NCBI GenBank assembly: GCA_963737655.1
Contig: CAVTTN010000002.1
Coordinates: 576,001-640,000, forward strand
DNA length: 64,000 bases
DNA from: an uncultured Planctomycetota bacterium
GTDB taxonomy: Bacteria; Planctomycetota; Planctomycetia; Isosphaerales; Isosphaeraceae
Reading direction: 5' to 3'
Shown here: in pieces, positions 1-8,652 of the stretch
Layout of the letters: each line of letters opens with the position of its first letter
Numbering within the stretch: position 1 is the stretch's first letter
Position numbers and translations under genes: made by a program
The notes under the pieces: generated by a model
The model's database searches: none
What the model saw: the letters and a program-made list of their open reading frames with translations, nothing else
What the model was told of the DNA's origin: nothing

Positions 1-191
1 GATTGTCGCCGCCCGATCAACAAGAGGAGCTTCATATCGAGCGGGTCCGGGCTGGGCTCCTCGAAGAAGGCGAACGCTGAGGGCAGAACATTTCGGCGAA
101 CTTGCATTTGACGATTCTTGGTTTTTCAGCCTACTTGTCCTGTGTGCCTCCTCTGAGGCCAAACTCTCCGACAAAAACAATCGAGACATTC

Positions 192-581
192 ATGATCAGG
201 ACCAGCCGAAATGGCGGATCGACGCAGATCACGCCCACCAGCGATTGTGGTTTCGGGTCCGATGCAGGCATCGGACTTCAATCAGCCCACCCAAGTGCCC
301 CAGCATCTTGTTCCGACGGGCACGAGTGGGTCGTGTTCAGCACCGCCCTACTGGACGCTTGCCTCATGCTTCAGTGCATCGAGTGCGGGACCCACGGGAC
401 CGTTGACGACCCAACCAAGGAAGAGTGGTCGGAGGCGTTCTATGCCCCGTCCAATCCCTACCGGTGGGAGGACGAGTCGAGGGTCCGCATCAGGGGCCGA
501 GGCCCCCTCTACGTCGGGAAGTTCGGCGACCAAGCGGACGATCGATCCCCGTCCCCTCGTGCTGAAGGGATGGTGGCCTGA
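192..581 (+). CDS. Hypothetical protein with possible Zn-binding motif (C..GH..CIEC)
   Basis: ORF 102..581, ATG at 192 more plausible; TGATG overlap with next gene. Confidence 0.55.
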   Translation: MIRTSRNGGSTQITPTSDCGFGSDAGIGLQSAHPSAPASCSDGHEWVVFSTALLDACLMLQCIECGTHGTVDDPTKEEWSEAFYAPSNPYRWEDESRVRIRGRGPLYVGKFGDQADDRSPSPRAEGMVA

Positions 582-1129
582 TGGCGACGTGCGAGAAGAT
601 CGACCCGATTGTCATCAACCCCGACGGCTCGATCCAGGATGAGGTCTTCTCCCTGGACGAGAACGACTTCCTACAGGGCTGGCAGCCCGTCACCGAGCCG
701 ACCGGGAAAGACGAGGAAGAATCCGAACGGGTGGGGAAACGAATCCGAGCTTGGCCGCAGCAGTGCTGGTTCAACGCCCGACGGGCCGTCATGCGCCTCT
801 CGGATTACGCCGACGCCAGCTACGTCGAGGGATATTGCATGATGGTCGGTGGCTGGGTGATGGAGCACGGGTGGGTCTACCGCCCGGACGGCACGGTCAT
901 CGACCCTACACTCCCCAGAAAGGTCGTCGCCTACTTCCCCGGCCTGGAGTTCCGGGGTCTTGCAGGCATAAGCGAGTTCCTCGCCACTCCGAGGGGCCGG
1001 AAATGCAAGCGGTCCCCGTTCTTCTACGCCTTCGGCTGGGGCGGCGGGGACAGCCCCAGCTTCTCGGCATCCATGCTTCGGGCGTTTGCTTACCAGAAGG
1101 ATTCCCTGTCGGTAGTGCAGGCAGCATGA
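581..1129 (+). CDS. Hypothetical protein, transglutaminase/papain-like Cys-His-Asp motif
   Basis: QCWFNA ... YVEG ... EHGWV ... VIDPT motif order. Confidence 0.6.
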   Translation: MATCEKIDPIVINPDGSIQDEVFSLDENDFLQGWQPVTEPTGKDEEESERVGKRIRAWPQQCWFNARRAVMRLSDYADASYVEGYCMMVGGWVMEHGWVYRPDGTVIDPTLPRKVVAYFPGLEFRGLAGISEFLATPRGRKCKRSPFFYAFGWGGGDSPSFSASMLRAFAYQKDSLSVVQAA

Positions 1130-1317
1130 GGGGGCTTCCAGGGGGCGTTTCCCGCCCGGGCTGAGAACTTCATAGTTCGACCCGTCATGGCGTAGGGTGT
1201 CACCGATCCGTCATTAAACGTCCCCGGCCCCGAACGTGGGCGTAGGAGGGAATGCTTTCGCAGTATCCTCCACGCCGCATCCGCCAACGTGAGCTTCCGG
1301 CTGACCGAGAGGGGCAT
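1090..1317 (-). CDS. Small hypothetical protein
   Basis: ATG overlaps stop of 1317..1556 (TGATG); 3' end overlaps the convergent gene, so uncertain. Confidence 0.35.
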   Translation of the reverse strand: MPLSVSRKLTLADAAWRILRKHSLLRPRSGPGTFNDGSVTPYAMTGRTMKFSARAGNAPWKPPHAACTTDRESFW

Positions 1318-1556
1318 CAGGGTTGCGGCAGGACGGGCCGAACCCCCTGATTCGCCACCTGTCGGGACTCGGGCGAGATGGCCCTCTTCAGATCGCCGGG
1401 GGTCAACGATGTCCCCCGCTTCTTCGCCCTCTCTATGGCCCTCTTCGTATCCTCAAGTCCTGGGGATGCGAGGCTGATCGCTGTCGCCCGTGTCAGCCGG
1501 AGGGGGCTGGGAGTGAGGGCCTGCCGAGACTGAACGTATTCCGAGAAACTCATCAT
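1317..1556 (-). CDS. Small hypothetical protein, N-terminus MMSFSEYV (capsid-targeting-like)
   Basis: ATGA overlap with HNH stop at 1553-1556. Confidence 0.6.
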   Translation of the reverse strand: MMSFSEYVQSRQALTPSPLRLTRATAISLASPGLEDTKRAIERAKKRGTSLTPGDLKRAISPESRQVANQGVRPVLPQP

Positions 1557-2134
1557 GCGACGGCCCTCCGAGGTCCAGGCCGATCGGCGACGAGGGTTTC
1601 GGGCTGCTCGGAGGGTAGGAGATGCCTCCAGGTCAGGCCCCGGACGATGGCCCTGACGTTGGACTCGCTGACTTTGAAGTGGTCGGCGATGCTCCTCATC
1701 GACCGACCGTCGGCTCTCATCCTGCGGATTTCGATGACTTTGGCTTCAGTCAATTTCGAACGGAGCCTCTCCCCCCTGGCTTTGGTGCCGTGCTTCACCG
1801 CATCGTCGCTGTTCGTCTGATGGGTGCCCCAGTACAAGTTCGTCAAGGCATTGTTCAAGCGGTCTCCATCCTTGTGGCAGGCGATGCACCCGGACCGTCC
1901 CGGTCCTTCGAATGCCCCCAAGACAAGTCGATGTATACGGCGGATCGCCTTCTTACCATCCGTCGCAGGGAGATTCACGGTGGAGTAGCCGTCACGGAGG
2001 ATCCGCATGAGGGGGAGCCAGGTGTCGGTGGGCAGCCGGTAGCGGCCCCGGCGGACCCAGCAAGACTGGACCTCACCGTCCCTACTTACACGGTATCCGG
2101 GGAACTCGGGAATTGGGCGGTAGAAATTGTTCAT
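1553..2134 (-). CDS. NUMOD4 + HNH endonuclease with C-terminal HTH (phage homing-endonuclease type)
   Basis: YRPIPEFPGYRVSRDGEV (NUMOD4); IHRLV...CHKDGDRLNNALTNL..GT...N (HNH_3); SKLTEAKVIEIR..SIADHFKVS (HTH). Confidence 0.9.
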   Translation of the reverse strand: MNNFYRPIPEFPGYRVSRDGEVQSCWVRRGRYRLPTDTWLPLMRILRDGYSTVNLPATDGKKAIRRIHRLVLGAFEGPGRSGCIACHKDGDRLNNALTNLYWGTHQTNSDDAVKHGTKARGERLRSKLTEAKVIEIRRMRADGRSMRSIADHFKVSESNVRAIVRGLTWRHLLPSEQPETLVADRPGPRRAVA

Positions 2135-2222
2135 GCTCGTATATATGCGGCTATCATCGAACTTTTCGCACTCTTCAGGGATACGGAAATTTTTCTACGG
2201 GGCCATCTCTATATACTGCATG
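2132..2222. promoter_or_regulatory. Divergent AT-rich promoter region with TATATAC-N1-2-GC-ATG before both start codons
   Basis: Minus strand TATATACGAGCATG (TATATA 2140-2145, ATG 2134-2132); plus strand TATATACTGCATG (TATATA 2210-2215, ATG 2220); no Shine-Dalgarno on either side. Confidence 0.55.
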
Positions 2223-2912
2223 ATGACGTTCATGAAATACATCGAATGGGTCTCACTACACGAGGCCGCAAGACGGTCCTTTTCCCGCACCTTGGCGAAG
2301 TTCCACACGACCTCAACCAACAAGCCAGTGGCGGTCCTTACCGCCTGGCGTGGCGAGCTTGCCGACGCCTCTGGCAAGCCCCACACCGAGGCCGTGAGGC
2401 GAAAGCTGAACGACGATGCGAACCGCAAGCTGGCGGTCGAGGTCCGACGTCGGGGGCTGTCGCTCGTCCCGGTCATCGGGGCCGGTCAGGAAGAAGATGA
2501 AGATGGCGTCCTGACTGCCAACCGGGAGGAGAGCTACCTCATCCAGCCAATCGGCGACATGCCCGAGCGAGAGTTCCTGGACCACATCAGGAGCATCCTT
2601 TACAACCCCACTGGCGAGCCCGGTAGAGGTCTCTACCCCCACACCCAATGGGGCGGCGTGGTCAAGCTCCCGAGCCAACCGAAGGCGTTTATTGTCCATC
2701 AACAGGACGACCCAACCGGCCCCGAAGACTACCGTATCGGCGACCACCTGGGGACGACCGCCAGGCCCAGAAAGAGCGAACCCTATTACACCCAGTTGAA
2801 GTACGGACCCAGGGCCTCGGATTCGATGATGGATTCGCTGGACAAGCCGGACGACCTGGGTACGATCAAGGGACAACCTGGGCGCAGGTTCACATTGGGA
2901 GGCGTGTCATGA
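2220..2912 (+). CDS. Phage-like hypothetical protein (DUF3293-like LTAWRG..N..AN..L motif)
   Basis: Starts MMTFMKYIEWVSLHEA; VAVLTAWRG...NDDANRKL...GL..V.G...E...EESY recalls a family in T4-like phages (recognised from memory). Confidence 0.7.
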   Translation: MMTFMKYIEWVSLHEAARRSFSRTLAKFHTTSTNKPVAVLTAWRGELADASGKPHTEAVRRKLNDDANRKLAVEVRRRGLSLVPVIGAGQEEDEDGVLTANREESYLIQPIGDMPEREFLDHIRSILYNPTGEPGRGLYPHTQWGGVVKLPSQPKAFIVHQQDDPTGPEDYRIGDHLGTTARPRKSEPYYTQLKYGPRASDSMMDSLDKPDDLGTIKGQPGRRFTLGGVS

Positions 2913-3199
2913 GTGATGATCTTGATAAGCGGTCAGACAGCGACCGGCTCGGCGAACTGAAGGTCGAGCTATCTCGACACTTCGGCAAATTCACCCGCTG
3001 GAGGGCTCTGTGCCAGGAGCGGGACGTCACCACCAACGAGGAGCAGATCCGCCTTGCCGAGGAGGTACTGAAGGCACCGTCCACCGGAACAAATGCCGAA
3101 TGGCTCACCCACCACTTGCGGCTCCAAGGCGGCAAGAGCTTCGACGTCGATGAGATGCTCGCCCGCAGCGATGCGGCTCCGGGGAAGGACGAGGCGTGA
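2909..3199 (+). CDS. Hypothetical protein
   Basis: ATGA overlap upstream (2909-2912) and GTGA overlap downstream (3196-3199). Confidence 0.65.
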   Translation: MSDDLDKRSDSDRLGELKVELSRHFGKFTRWRALCQERDVTTNEEQIRLAEEVLKAPSTGTNAEWLTHHLRLQGGKSFDVDEMLARSDAAPGKDEA

Positions 3200-4023
3200 A
3201 CGGCGAGATTGTGGCAGGGCTGGGGTTCAAGGACTGGCTGACGAACGAGACGCTCGCCTTGGCCGGGAACTACAAGGGCGGTGTCTTCCAGCGGCTCGTG
3301 GCGGCAAGTTACAAACTCTCCCCGTTCAGCGACCCCGCCGCCCGCCCCGCCTTCGAAGAACTCGCCCGCAAGATGGCCCGCCAGAACGACTTTCTCAGGC
3401 ACTCGTACGACTTCATCCCTTCGTCCGGCGACCACTACTCCAGTTTCAACCAGCTTCGACGCTCGATCGATGCTCAGCGGCAAGCCGGGAAGAAGCGGGC
3501 CGACATGTACGTCTACGCCGAGCCGCCTGGTCCCGAGGGGGACGCCGCCCAACAGGGCCACCCGGTCTTCACGAACGACCAGAACGTCATGGTCCGGGGC
3601 GTCCACGACGCCATCGCCCATCTGGGCGGCAACCACCCGTTCTCGGCCCGAGGCGAGTACGGGGCGTACAACCGGCACGTCAAGACGCTCTGCAACGTCC
3701 AGGACGCCAGGGCCGGACGGTGCCCGGCGGCTGCGGCCCTGTTCACGGAGATCGTCGGGCAGACGTCGTTCTACTACGTCTACGGTCAGTTCGCCCCCCA
3801 GAAGGCCGTCTTCCTCCCCGACTTCGACTGCTACAACGTCGGCCTGCTCGCCCCCTCGTCGAGGTTGAACGGCTTATTCATGGTCAAGGACAAGGACCTC
3901 GTTTGCAGGCAGGACTTCGACGCCGAGGTCTTCGCAAAGGACTTCCCGGCGCTCTCGCAGGAGCTTGCCCGGCAGGTCGGCAGCCCGAAGGTCAGGCTGG
4001 CCAACATCCCGATCCAACGGTGA
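3196..4023 (+). CDS. Phage-like hypothetical protein with RGVHDAIAH...GEY..Y..H..LFTEIVGQ motif
   Basis: Long ORF with good codon usage; N-terminal GFKDWLTNE; His/Asp-rich motif. Confidence 0.75.
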   Translation: MNGEIVAGLGFKDWLTNETLALAGNYKGGVFQRLVAASYKLSPFSDPAARPAFEELARKMARQNDFLRHSYDFIPSSGDHYSSFNQLRRSIDAQRQAGKKRADMYVYAEPPGPEGDAAQQGHPVFTNDQNVMVRGVHDAIAHLGGNHPFSARGEYGAYNRHVKTLCNVQDARAGRCPAAAALFTEIVGQTSFYYVYGQFAPQKAVFLPDFDCYNVGLLAPSSRLNGLFMVKDKDLVCRQDFDAEVFAKDFPALSQELARQVGSPKVRLANIPIQR

Positions 4024-4082
4024 CAATGGGACATCGGACATGGCAAGGGCACGTCCTCGATAGGATGGTTGCAGGGCCACTG

Positions 4083-4580
4083 ATGACGTTTCCCCTGACT
4101 GAGAGCCCCATCGAGGAGGCCACCGCCTTGGATGCCCCGCTCTACTTCGAGGACCTGGCGGTCGGACAGACGTTCGGGACCGGCACCGTCACGGTCGAGC
4201 CCGAGATGATCAAGGCGTTCGCCGCCGAGTTCGACCCGCAGCCCTTCCACCTGGACCAGGACGCCGCCCGTGGGAGCCTCTTCGGCGGGCTCGTGTCGAG
4301 CGGCTGGCACACCGCCGCCCTGACGATGAAGCTGCTGGTCGGGGGCGAATTGAAGATCGTGGGCGGACTCATCGGCCTGGGGGTCGAGGATCTCCGGTGG
4401 CCCCGTCCCGTCCATCCCGGTGACGTCCTGCGTGTCGAGAGCGAGATACTCGGCCTTCGACCGTCGAAATCTCAGCCGAGCCGGGGTATCGTCAGGGTGC
4501 GAAATACAACCTTCAACCAGGACGGCCATCCGGTGATGATCCAAGTCGTCAACATGATCGTGCCGAGGCGTACGCCTTGA
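4083..4580 (+). CDS. MaoC family dehydratase
   Basis: YFEDLAVG...FAAEFDPQPFHLD...GLVSSGWHT...LRWPRPVHPGD. Confidence 0.9.
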   Translation: MTFPLTESPIEEATALDAPLYFEDLAVGQTFGTGTVTVEPEMIKAFAAEFDPQPFHLDQDAARGSLFGGLVSSGWHTAALTMKLLVGGELKIVGGLIGLGVEDLRWPRPVHPGDVLRVESEILGLRPSKSQPSRGIVRVRNTTFNQDGHPVMIQVVNMIVPRRTP

Positions 4581-4704
4581 TCCTTTCGAGTCCCCATCAC
4601 ACGATATCGGAAGGTCCACGGAGACGACCTCGGGGTTAATCCTCGCCGTCGCCCACGGTTGACATGGCAAGGCTGTTTTCGCTGTTCCCCCGAGGGCGAC
4701 GGTC

Positions 4705-5130
4705 ATGTTCCGCCAGTCGATCGAGGTCGCCGCCGAGCCCGGCGTGCTGTTCGACCTGACCCAGGACTACTCGCACCGGCTCGACTGGGACCCGTTCCTG
4801 AAGGAGGCGAGGCTGGTCGGCGGGGCCGAGAGTCCGGGCGTCGGTGTCCGGGCCTGGTGCGTGGCCCGGAACGGATTGGGGATGGAGACCGAGTACGTCT
4901 CGTTCAACCCGCCGGGGGCCTGCGCCGTCGAGATGACCAGGGGGCCTTGGTTCTTCCGGGCCTTCTCCGGCTCCTGGCGGTTCGACCGGATCGGGCCGGG
5001 ACGGACCAGGGTCACGTTCACCTACAGCCTCGCCGGACGCCCTTCTCTCATTTCCGGCCCGCTTCGACTGGTATTCGCCCGTGAGACCCGCCGTCGCCTC
5101 GGAGCGCTGAAGCGGGCTGTCGAGGGATGA
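4705..5130 (+). CDS. SRPBCC/polyketide cyclase family protein
   Basis: FDLTQDY..RLDWDPFL...GPWFFRAFSGSWRF. Confidence 0.85.
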   Translation: MFRQSIEVAAEPGVLFDLTQDYSHRLDWDPFLKEARLVGGAESPGVGVRAWCVARNGLGMETEYVSFNPPGACAVEMTRGPWFFRAFSGSWRFDRIGPGRTRVTFTYSLAGRPSLISGPLRLVFARETRRRLGALKRAVEG

Positions 5131-5339
5131 AGGCGTCGGGTCGTTCGCTCCCGGTGGCACGAACCCTCCGGGCAAGGTGATGAATGGATCGGCCTGCGAG
5201 CCCGTGATACCCTCATTGCAGGAGCCATTGATCAAAAGAGCGGTGATGGATCATGGGGCGGCACAAGATGGGCACCTGGGACCACCTGAAGAAGAGGCTC
5301 AAAGTCTACTATGCTTCCGATGGTGTGGTCAAGAAACCG

Positions 5340-5366
5340 AAGCCAAGGGTAGTGTCTCAGTTTGAA
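5340..5366. repeat. Left TSD (AAGCCAAG) plus terminal inverted repeat of IS1-family element
   Basis: Matches 7989-8015. Confidence 0.93.
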
Positions 5367-5415
5367 TCCCATTTTTTTGCGGGCGCTCTCGGCCCGCGTA
5401 TTTCTGAACGCCCGG

Positions 5416-6261
5416 TCAGTCGATCAAACTGACAAGTTCTTCGAGCGACCAGAGATGATCCGCCACCTTGGCCGCCATCGCCGGGGTGACGCGCAGCGTC
5501 TGGTGCCGACGCACGAAGTTGTAGTGCATGTAGTGCAACGCAACGGCATGCTCAAGGTTCTCGATCTTCTTGGAGAAGGCGTTCGTCAACCGAGTGAACC
5601 GACGCATCCGCATTCGCATCGTTAGATTCTGGCGCTCAACATAGCTTGTTGATATTTGAGCTTCGTCCGGCGATCCGGTGATCGGCCGCTTCTCGATCCC
5701 GGTGCATTCGCCGGGACTATACCGGACTTCCGGCCCACGCCCGCCCTCGTTGCCGTAGAGCTTGATGAGCATGGCATAGTCGATCTCGCCCCCGAAGCCC
5801 GCCTCCACGGCTTCGAGGTAGGGCTTGTGGCCGTCCGTGGTCAACTGGACCCGATGGGCGAGCCGGGACGCCAGGTCCGCGATGAAGGCCGTCGCGTGGG
5901 CCGTGTCGCGGGCCCCGACGAGGAACGACGGCACCAGCTTCGTGTCGGCGCAGATCGCCGTCCAGGTCCACACGTCGCCGACCCCCTTCTGGCCCTTCCG
6001 CTCGGCCGGGACGTTCTTCTCCTTCATCCCGACGAAGGACCAGATCTCATCGCACTGGACCCGCTTGCACGGCAACTTGCGGAGCGTCTCGTGCTGGTAC
6101 TTCGCGCAGGCCGTCCCGGCGTCGATCAGGAGCTTCGTGACCGTGTTGATCGACACTCCGGTCATCCGCTGCGTCGATCGGAGGGAGTTGCCTTCGACCA
6201 GGGCCGAGAGGATCGCGACACGCTTGGCCGTCTTGAGTTGGTTCATACTGACAGTATGCAT
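5416..6261 (-). CDS. IS1-family DDE transposase
   Basis: N-terminal HTH (GNSLRSTQRMTGVSINTV); QCDEIWSFV, LTTDGH, STSYVERQNLTMR; start may be 6246. Confidence 0.92.
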   Translation of the reverse strand: MHTVSMNQLKTAKRVAILSALVEGNSLRSTQRMTGVSINTVTKLLIDAGTACAKYQHETLRKLPCKRVQCDEIWSFVGMKEKNVPAERKGQKGVGDVWTWTAICADTKLVPSFLVGARDTAHATAFIADLASRLAHRVQLTTDGHKPYLEAVEAGFGGEIDYAMLIKLYGNEGGRGPEVRYSPGECTGIEKRPITGSPDEAQISTSYVERQNLTMRMRMRRFTRLTNAFSKKIENLEHAVALHYMHYNFVRRHQTLRVTPAMAAKVADHLWSLEELVSLID

Positions 6262-6344
6262 TTTCGGTCAAGCATAGTCAAGCGGAAAAAGTTCAGTTTG
6301 GCCCGGATTTGCTCCGGGTTACAGAAATGAGTGCTGACAGGGGT

Positions 6345-7523
6345 TTAGGTCGATTTCTGGTCGGGATCGGGGGGGATTTCTCCGGGTTCCAAATCGGAAG
6401 CGTTCGCTTCCGGTTCCAAAGCCGACTCCTCATCGAACAGCATCCGCTGTCCGGCCTGCTTCTGGGGGAGATAGACAGTAAAATGAACCGGCAAGCGGCC
6501 GTATTTCTCGGCCATCCTGTCCTGGAGTTGGCGGATGGATTTACAACAAGAGCACATGCCAACAACCATCCAAATGTGCTCGACCAGTTTCCTCAGACCA
6601 TATTGATCGTTCAACCATTGGTGATAGTTCTGGCCTTTCTGTGGCTTCGGCGCGTTCTTGCGCAGCCATTCCGCAACATCTCGGTCCAAATACCCATAAA
6701 TCAACTCCATCACGAGCTTGCCCCAATATTTCGGCCGGGAGTGGATGCCTCCCTTCCAGTTGGTGAGCCTGGCGAACTCGACCCACAGAGCTTCAGGAAA
6801 CGTCCGCTCCCACTTCCGCATCTCGTCCGCGAGATACATCTTGAGCTTGAATTGCAGGGCGTCGCTGGCCCTCTCGTACTGGTAGCCCGTCGCCTCGTCG
6901 ATGAGCGCTTCCAGCCCTACCTTAGCGCAGGCCGCAAGGAAGGCGCCCGCCTTGTTCGCCATCTCAAGTTGGTTCGGAGTGGTGAGGGCGCTCTCCGCCA
7001 AGGCCCGGACATAGGCCCGGCAAATGTCGATGAACGTAGTGGCTTCCAGGCCCTTTACCGACTTGTTGACGATGTGCGAGAGCGTGAATTCGACCATTCG
7101 ATCCGGCAGATCGGCCGGGATGTATTTGGAGATCGCCGCCGCCCGGAGATATTGCTCAAGCTGCCCTCCGCCTTGCGGGCCGGCGAGGTATAGAGTCGCG
7201 GCGGTGCGGCTGATGACTCGCCGGCCATCGCTCAAGACGAAGCATTGAATCGCGGTGTCGCCGATTTCGAGCACGCCGGGCCACTTGGCCCACGGCAAGG
7301 ACGGTACGATCTCGGCATCGACGCTCTCCGGGACCGGGAGGAAGTCGGTCGGCGAGAGGTTGATCGCGTTGGCTTGAGCCAGCTCAAGCAGCTTCTCGTG
7401 CCACTTGGCGGGGATCGCGCCAGCCTTGGTCCAGTACTGGACGGTGCTAGGGCCCTTGCCGATCAGTTTCGCGAGGGGCGTGAGGCCCCCGAATCTCTGG
7501 ACGATGATCTCGGCAGAGTTCAT
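6345..7523 (-). CDS. Cro-like HTH + P63C domain protein (IS passenger)
   Basis: FGGLTPLAKLIGKGPSTVQYW HTH; AKVGLEALIDEATGYQ...W.RTFP...RPKYWGK...IY...YHQWL (P63C). Confidence 0.88.
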   Translation of the reverse strand: MNSAEIIVQRFGGLTPLAKLIGKGPSTVQYWTKAGAIPAKWHEKLLELAQANAINLSPTDFLPVPESVDAEIVPSLPWAKWPGVLEIGDTAIQCFVLSDGRRVISRTAATLYLAGPQGGGQLEQYLRAAAISKYIPADLPDRMVEFTLSHIVNKSVKGLEATTFIDICRAYVRALAESALTTPNQLEMANKAGAFLAACAKVGLEALIDEATGYQYERASDALQFKLKMYLADEMRKWERTFPEALWVEFARLTNWKGGIHSRPKYWGKLVMELIYGYLDRDVAEWLRKNAPKPQKGQNYHQWLNDQYGLRKLVEHIWMVVGMCSCCKSIRQLQDRMAEKYGRLPVHFTVYLPQKQAGQRMLFDEESALEPEANASDLEPGEIPPDPDQKST

Positions 7524-7627
7524 GGCAACACCAGCCTTCCTGGAAAGAGGATGCTGGAATGCTACCAGGGAATCTGGCGAAGTCTACCAAAAAAACTGTA
7601 AACGAAAAACTGTATTTTTGTAGTCCG

Positions 7628-7930
7628 CTATTCCTTTGCCCGCTCCCAGCGTTTTGCCGCCGCCTTCCTGGCGATCTCAGCCCGCCGCTCGGGCGTCATG
7701 GACGCCGCCCGAGCCTTACCGCCTTTGAGGCCGCCCCGCTTTCCCAGGGCCCGCGCCGCCTCGCGGATCGGGTCAGGGACCGGCTCGGCTTCGGCCGGGG
7801 CTTCGGCCGGGGCTTCGGCCGGGGCTTCGGCGGGCGGTGGCGCCTCGTCGGCCGTCGCCTGATCGACGATGGCCTTGGCCAGTTGGTTGATATCGCGGGG
7901 CCGCTTGGGCTTGCTTGAGTGGTTAGGCAT
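7628..7930 (-). CDS. Small basic KGG-motif protein (IS1 companion)
   Basis: MPNHSSKPKRPRDINQLAKAIVDQAT...ALGKRGGLKGGKARAASMTPERRAEIARKAA. Confidence 0.8.
   Translation of the reverse strand: MPNHSSKPKRPRDINQLAKAIVDQATADEAPPPAEAPAEAPAEAPAEAEPVPDPIREAARALGKRGGLKGGKARAASMTPERRAEIARKAAAKRWERAKE
7787..7831. repeat. 12-bp tandem repeat GGCTTCGGCCGG x~3.75 (encodes PAEA repeats)
   Basis: Directly visible. Confidence 0.85.
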
Positions 7931-7988
7931 ACCCCAAGTATCGCACCCCGGCCCGATCCGGTGAAGCTGAACAGAAATTTCCGCCCAC

Positions 7989-8015
7989 TTCAAACTGAGA
8001 CACTACCAAGCCAAG
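7989..8015. repeat. Right terminal inverted repeat plus TSD of IS1-family element
   Basis: TTCAAACTGAGACACTACC followed by AAGCCAAG. Confidence 0.93.
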
Positions 8016-8652
8016 AGAACTGGACCGCTTCGAGCGTGAGAGCGGCTTCATGCTCCCCGACGACTACCGGGAATACGCACGCACTTTCGGCCCCGGTACG
8101 CTCGGCAAGGGATGGCAGATTTCCACCCCCGGCTTTGCCGACGCCGACGACGAGGACGTCGATCTCGCCCGGTTCAACCATCGGTTCTCCGACCGGAGAT
8201 ACGTCCGCTTCTGCGGCAAGGAGGACTTCCACGGGTGGTTCGCATGGGACCCCGAGGACGTCGCCGACGCCGTGCGGCATCACTACGGCATCTATCTCCT
8301 GGGCGGTCCTCAGGGCGAAGACCCCAATGCCCCGCCGATCAAGGTCGCCCCGTCCTTCTATGAATTCATCATGGCCTATGCCTTGGGGGGCGGCTTCGAG
8401 CGTCAACAAGGAGATGGCGGTACGGGCGAGGCCGATGGCCCCGTCTTGCCCGAGATCGTGGGATTCTCCCAGGTCATCTCATGAATGGCCGGGTCAAAAC
8501 GATGAGGCGGCTGGGGCGGGCACGCCCCATCTCATGAAATCACCGTGGTGGAGGGATCGATGCCGGACGGGGCGAGGTTGGACCGTCGGGAGCGTGCGAC
8601 GGTCATCGGGTGTGACCCGCTGAAACGATGATCTCGTCTCAGGATCGCTGCG

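Larger units (their letters stand above)
5348..8007 (-). mobile_element. IS1-family element (2660 bp) with transposase and two passenger genes
   Basis: Perfect 19-bp terminal IRs GGTAGTGTCTCAGTTTGAA (5348-5366, 7989-8007); 8-bp TSD AAGCCAAG (5340-5347, 8008-8015). Confidence 0.93.
5268..8484 (+). pseudogene. SMI1/KNR4 (SUKH) immunity-like gene interrupted by IS (fragments 5268-5347 and 8016-8484)
   Basis: Removing the IS and one TSD copy restores MGTWDHLKKRLKVYYASDGVVKKPKPRELDRFERESGFMLPDDYREYARTFGPG, a SUKH N-terminal signature. Confidence 0.85.
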
